Source: Thermodesulfovibrionales bacterium
Lineage (GTDB): Bacteria > Nitrospirota > Thermodesulfovibrionia > Thermodesulfovibrionales > SM23-35
DNA: 39,883 nucleotides
Direction: 5' to 3'
Assembly: GCA_049700155.1 (NCBI GenBank)
Contig: JBNAVX010000022.1
Coordinates: 1-39,883, forward strand
The notes beneath the pieces were generated by a model. It searched no databases and had not been told where the DNA came from. It saw only the letters and a list, made by a program, of their open reading frames with translations. The position numbers and the translations under genes are program-made. This document shows positions 39,133-39,883 of this stretch, piece by piece (the stretch's first letter is position 1; each line of letters begins with the position of its first letter).

Positions 39133-39789
39133 TCATTCAATCTTCATGTGCCGTATAATCTTTCCCTCACACATATAGATAACCATCTCTGCGATATTAG
39201 TTGCATGGTCAGCAATACGCTCAAGATATCTTGAGACATAGTTTATCTTTATGGCACGTGTAACAGTGTTTGGGTCCTGAATCATGTAAAAAAGCAGTTC
39301 ATTAAAAACTTGTGCATTCAGATTGTCCACCTCATCATCTCTTTTTATTACTTCATAAGGAAGACTTGAACATCCCATTACAAAGGCATCGAGAGCGTCT
39401 CTTACCATTCCTTCTGTAATTTCAGCCATCCGAGGAATATCTATGTAGGGCTTTAACTGTGGTTCTTCATTTAGTTCTATTGCCCTTTCAGCGATGTTTT
39501 CAGCAAGGTCTCCGATTCGTTCTAAGTCTGTTGTTATCTTCATAGCAGTAGTTATGAATCTCAAATCCCTTGCCTTTGGTTGCCTTAAAGCAATCAGCCT
39601 TATACATTCTTCATCTATCTCAACATCAAGGGCATTTATCCTGTGGTCCCTCTCTATAACCCTTTTTGCAAGACTGCTATCCCTTTCTACAAGTGACCTC
39701 ACGGAATCCCTTATGGCAATCTCCACAAGAAAACCTATTTTTAAAACCTTATCTTTTAGCAACCTTAATTCCTCATCAAAAATAGCCAT
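39133..39789 (-). CDS. phoU: Phosphate signalling protein PhoU
   Basis: QPKARDLR, DLERIGD and LERIADHATNIAE motifs. Confidence 0.95.
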   Translation of the reverse strand: MAIFDEELRLLKDKVLKIGFLVEIAIRDSVRSLVERDSSLAKRVIERDHRINALDVEIDEECIRLIALRQPKARDLRFITTAMKITTDLERIGDLAENIAERAIELNEEPQLKPYIDIPRMAEITEGMVRDALDAFVMGCSSLPYEVIKRDDEVDNLNAQVFNELLFYMIQDPNTVTRAIKINYVSRYLERIADHATNIAEMVIYMCEGKIIRHMKIE

Positions 39790-39883
39790 TATAAGACCTC
39801 ACTGTTAACCCATATTATTCATAAAATTTTTGGCAGATGTGGTATTTGAGCGGATTTAAATTCTTTCGAAGAAAGAATTTACC

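Noticed and set aside
39857-39881. 11-bp inverted repeat at the window end
   Set aside because: AT-rich with truncated context; it may lie in the end of an upstream gene, so no function can be assigned.

Overview
AT-rich bacterial window; the housekeeping gene set and order suggest Nitrospirota/Thermodesulfovibrionia-like, which is inference only. Bases 1-14374 hold a class 1, type I-A-like CRISPR-Cas island on the minus strand. The effector operon reads cas6, an ERCC4/XPF-family nuclease, cas3 (helicase with the HD domain at the C-terminus), cas8, cas11, an antitoxin/PIN toxin pair, cas7 and cas5. A ~4.2 kb accessory block follows: an AAA-wHTH ATPase with a 4x14-bp operator-like repeat, a solitary degenerate CRISPR repeat, a relic of a second PIN-cas5 operon, an MNT-HEPN pair and a divergent Pif1-WYL helicase. 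Then come cas1-cas2-cas4, the leader and the first 37-bp repeat of an array cut by the window edge. Bases 14453-39883 are ordinary core genes: acyl-CoA dehydrogenase, pmbA-like, queD, hpt, addB/addA-like, clpC, lemA, ftsK, uppP, rnj, rlpA, hemL, atpZ/atpI and phoU. The best candidates for novelty are the ERCC4 nuclease translationally coupled into the cas6-cas3 operon, the solitary repeat that could give a crRNA-like regulatory RNA, the TA pair inside the Cascade genes, and a possible clamp-binding motif on an extended Cas1.
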